Of a DNA stretch of 20,000 nt, positions 10,104 through 20,000 are shown one piece after another; position 1 is the stretch's first letter; every line of letters begins with the position of its first letter. This DNA comes from Chromera velia (lineage: Eukaryota): positions 109,391-129,390 of the forward strand of contig JAHBMJ010000344.1 in NCBI GenBank assembly GCA_018398765.1, read 5' to 3'. The notes under the pieces were generated by a model. That model did no database searches. It was not told the DNA's origin and saw only the letters and a list, made by a program, of their open reading frames with translations. Made by a program: the position numbers and the translations under genes.

Positions 10104-10271
10104 CTCATCAATTTCCCACAGATTTCCCAGTGGTTTCCATAATTTTTTGTTGGGGGGGTGAGACAGCCTATAGTTAATGAACTAAGGGGTCATCGAAATA
10201 TTGATTTGCGACCCGATCTAGGACCCGATGGGTACGTCACAAACCCCCCTCCGCCCCTCCCCCCCCCCCCC

Positions 10272-10316
10272 NNNNNNNNNNNNNNNNNNNNNNNNNNNNN
10301 NNNNNNNNNNNNNNNN
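10272..10316. other. Assembly gap (N run) within a poly-C tract
   Basis: 45 Ns; further Ns at 15841-15844 and 17414. Confidence 0.99.
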
Positions 10317-10540
10317 CCCCCGGGGCCCATCTAACTGACTAACCAACTAAATTCTAGACTGAATTATTATAATTTAACGCAGCATCCAATGTTATATAAA
10401 CGTGTGACAATTCTACATGTAATAAAAGATGCATTCTGTGTGCATTATGCTCTAAATCTAGTCCTGATTTGTCGCCTTGCAATCTAGCTTGCAATGCACG
10501 CATGCAACTTCAGCACACTTCTGACCAGCTAGCTCTTTCT

Positions 10541-19850
<9,310 letters not shown>

Positions 19851-19865
19851 CTGCACAGACACGCA

Positions 19866-19921
<56 letters not shown>

Positions 19922-20000
19922 AACCATCCACGCGAATCTAATGGATGTGTACGCCTCGCTAAATACACAGAAGAGACTCATACACATACCCACCCACCCA

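Noticed and set aside
9766..10140. GGAAAT array as a CRISPR or telomeric array
   Set aside because: No unique spacers or constant repeat, eukaryotic context, and the units are degenerate and arranged as a palindrome.

Overview
Eukaryotic, intron-rich genomic DNA with GT-AG introns full of short microsatellites (GT/CA, GACA, CATC, CATT, CTGA, CCTG) and frequent TGCATGCA. This style suggests an alveolate, most likely a chromerid such as Chromera velia (inference, not verified). Most of the ORF track is microsatellite noise, so I rebuilt the genes by hand from splice sites and intron phases. (1) A complete 4-exon minus-strand gene (5104..2673, 341 aa) encodes a secreted lysyl oxidase (LOX)-family enzyme. 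It keeps the Cu-binding His triad (on a 47-nt micro-exon) and both LTQ cofactor residues, followed by a Ser/Thr/Tyr/Arg-rich tail, an RRLGE (PEXEL/TEXEL-like) site and a 44-aa polyacidic C-terminal peptide. (2) A divergently oriented, tentative plus-strand hypothetical gene starts at about 6022. (3) An approximately 340-bp AT-rich foldback palindrome built from GGAAAT subrepeats lies next to an assembly gap. (4) The 3' part of a many-exon minus-strand TAF1-like (TFIID subunit 1) gene (>19850..10541) ends in a single divergent bromodomain. The LOX precursor and its putative processing architecture are the most interesting items.
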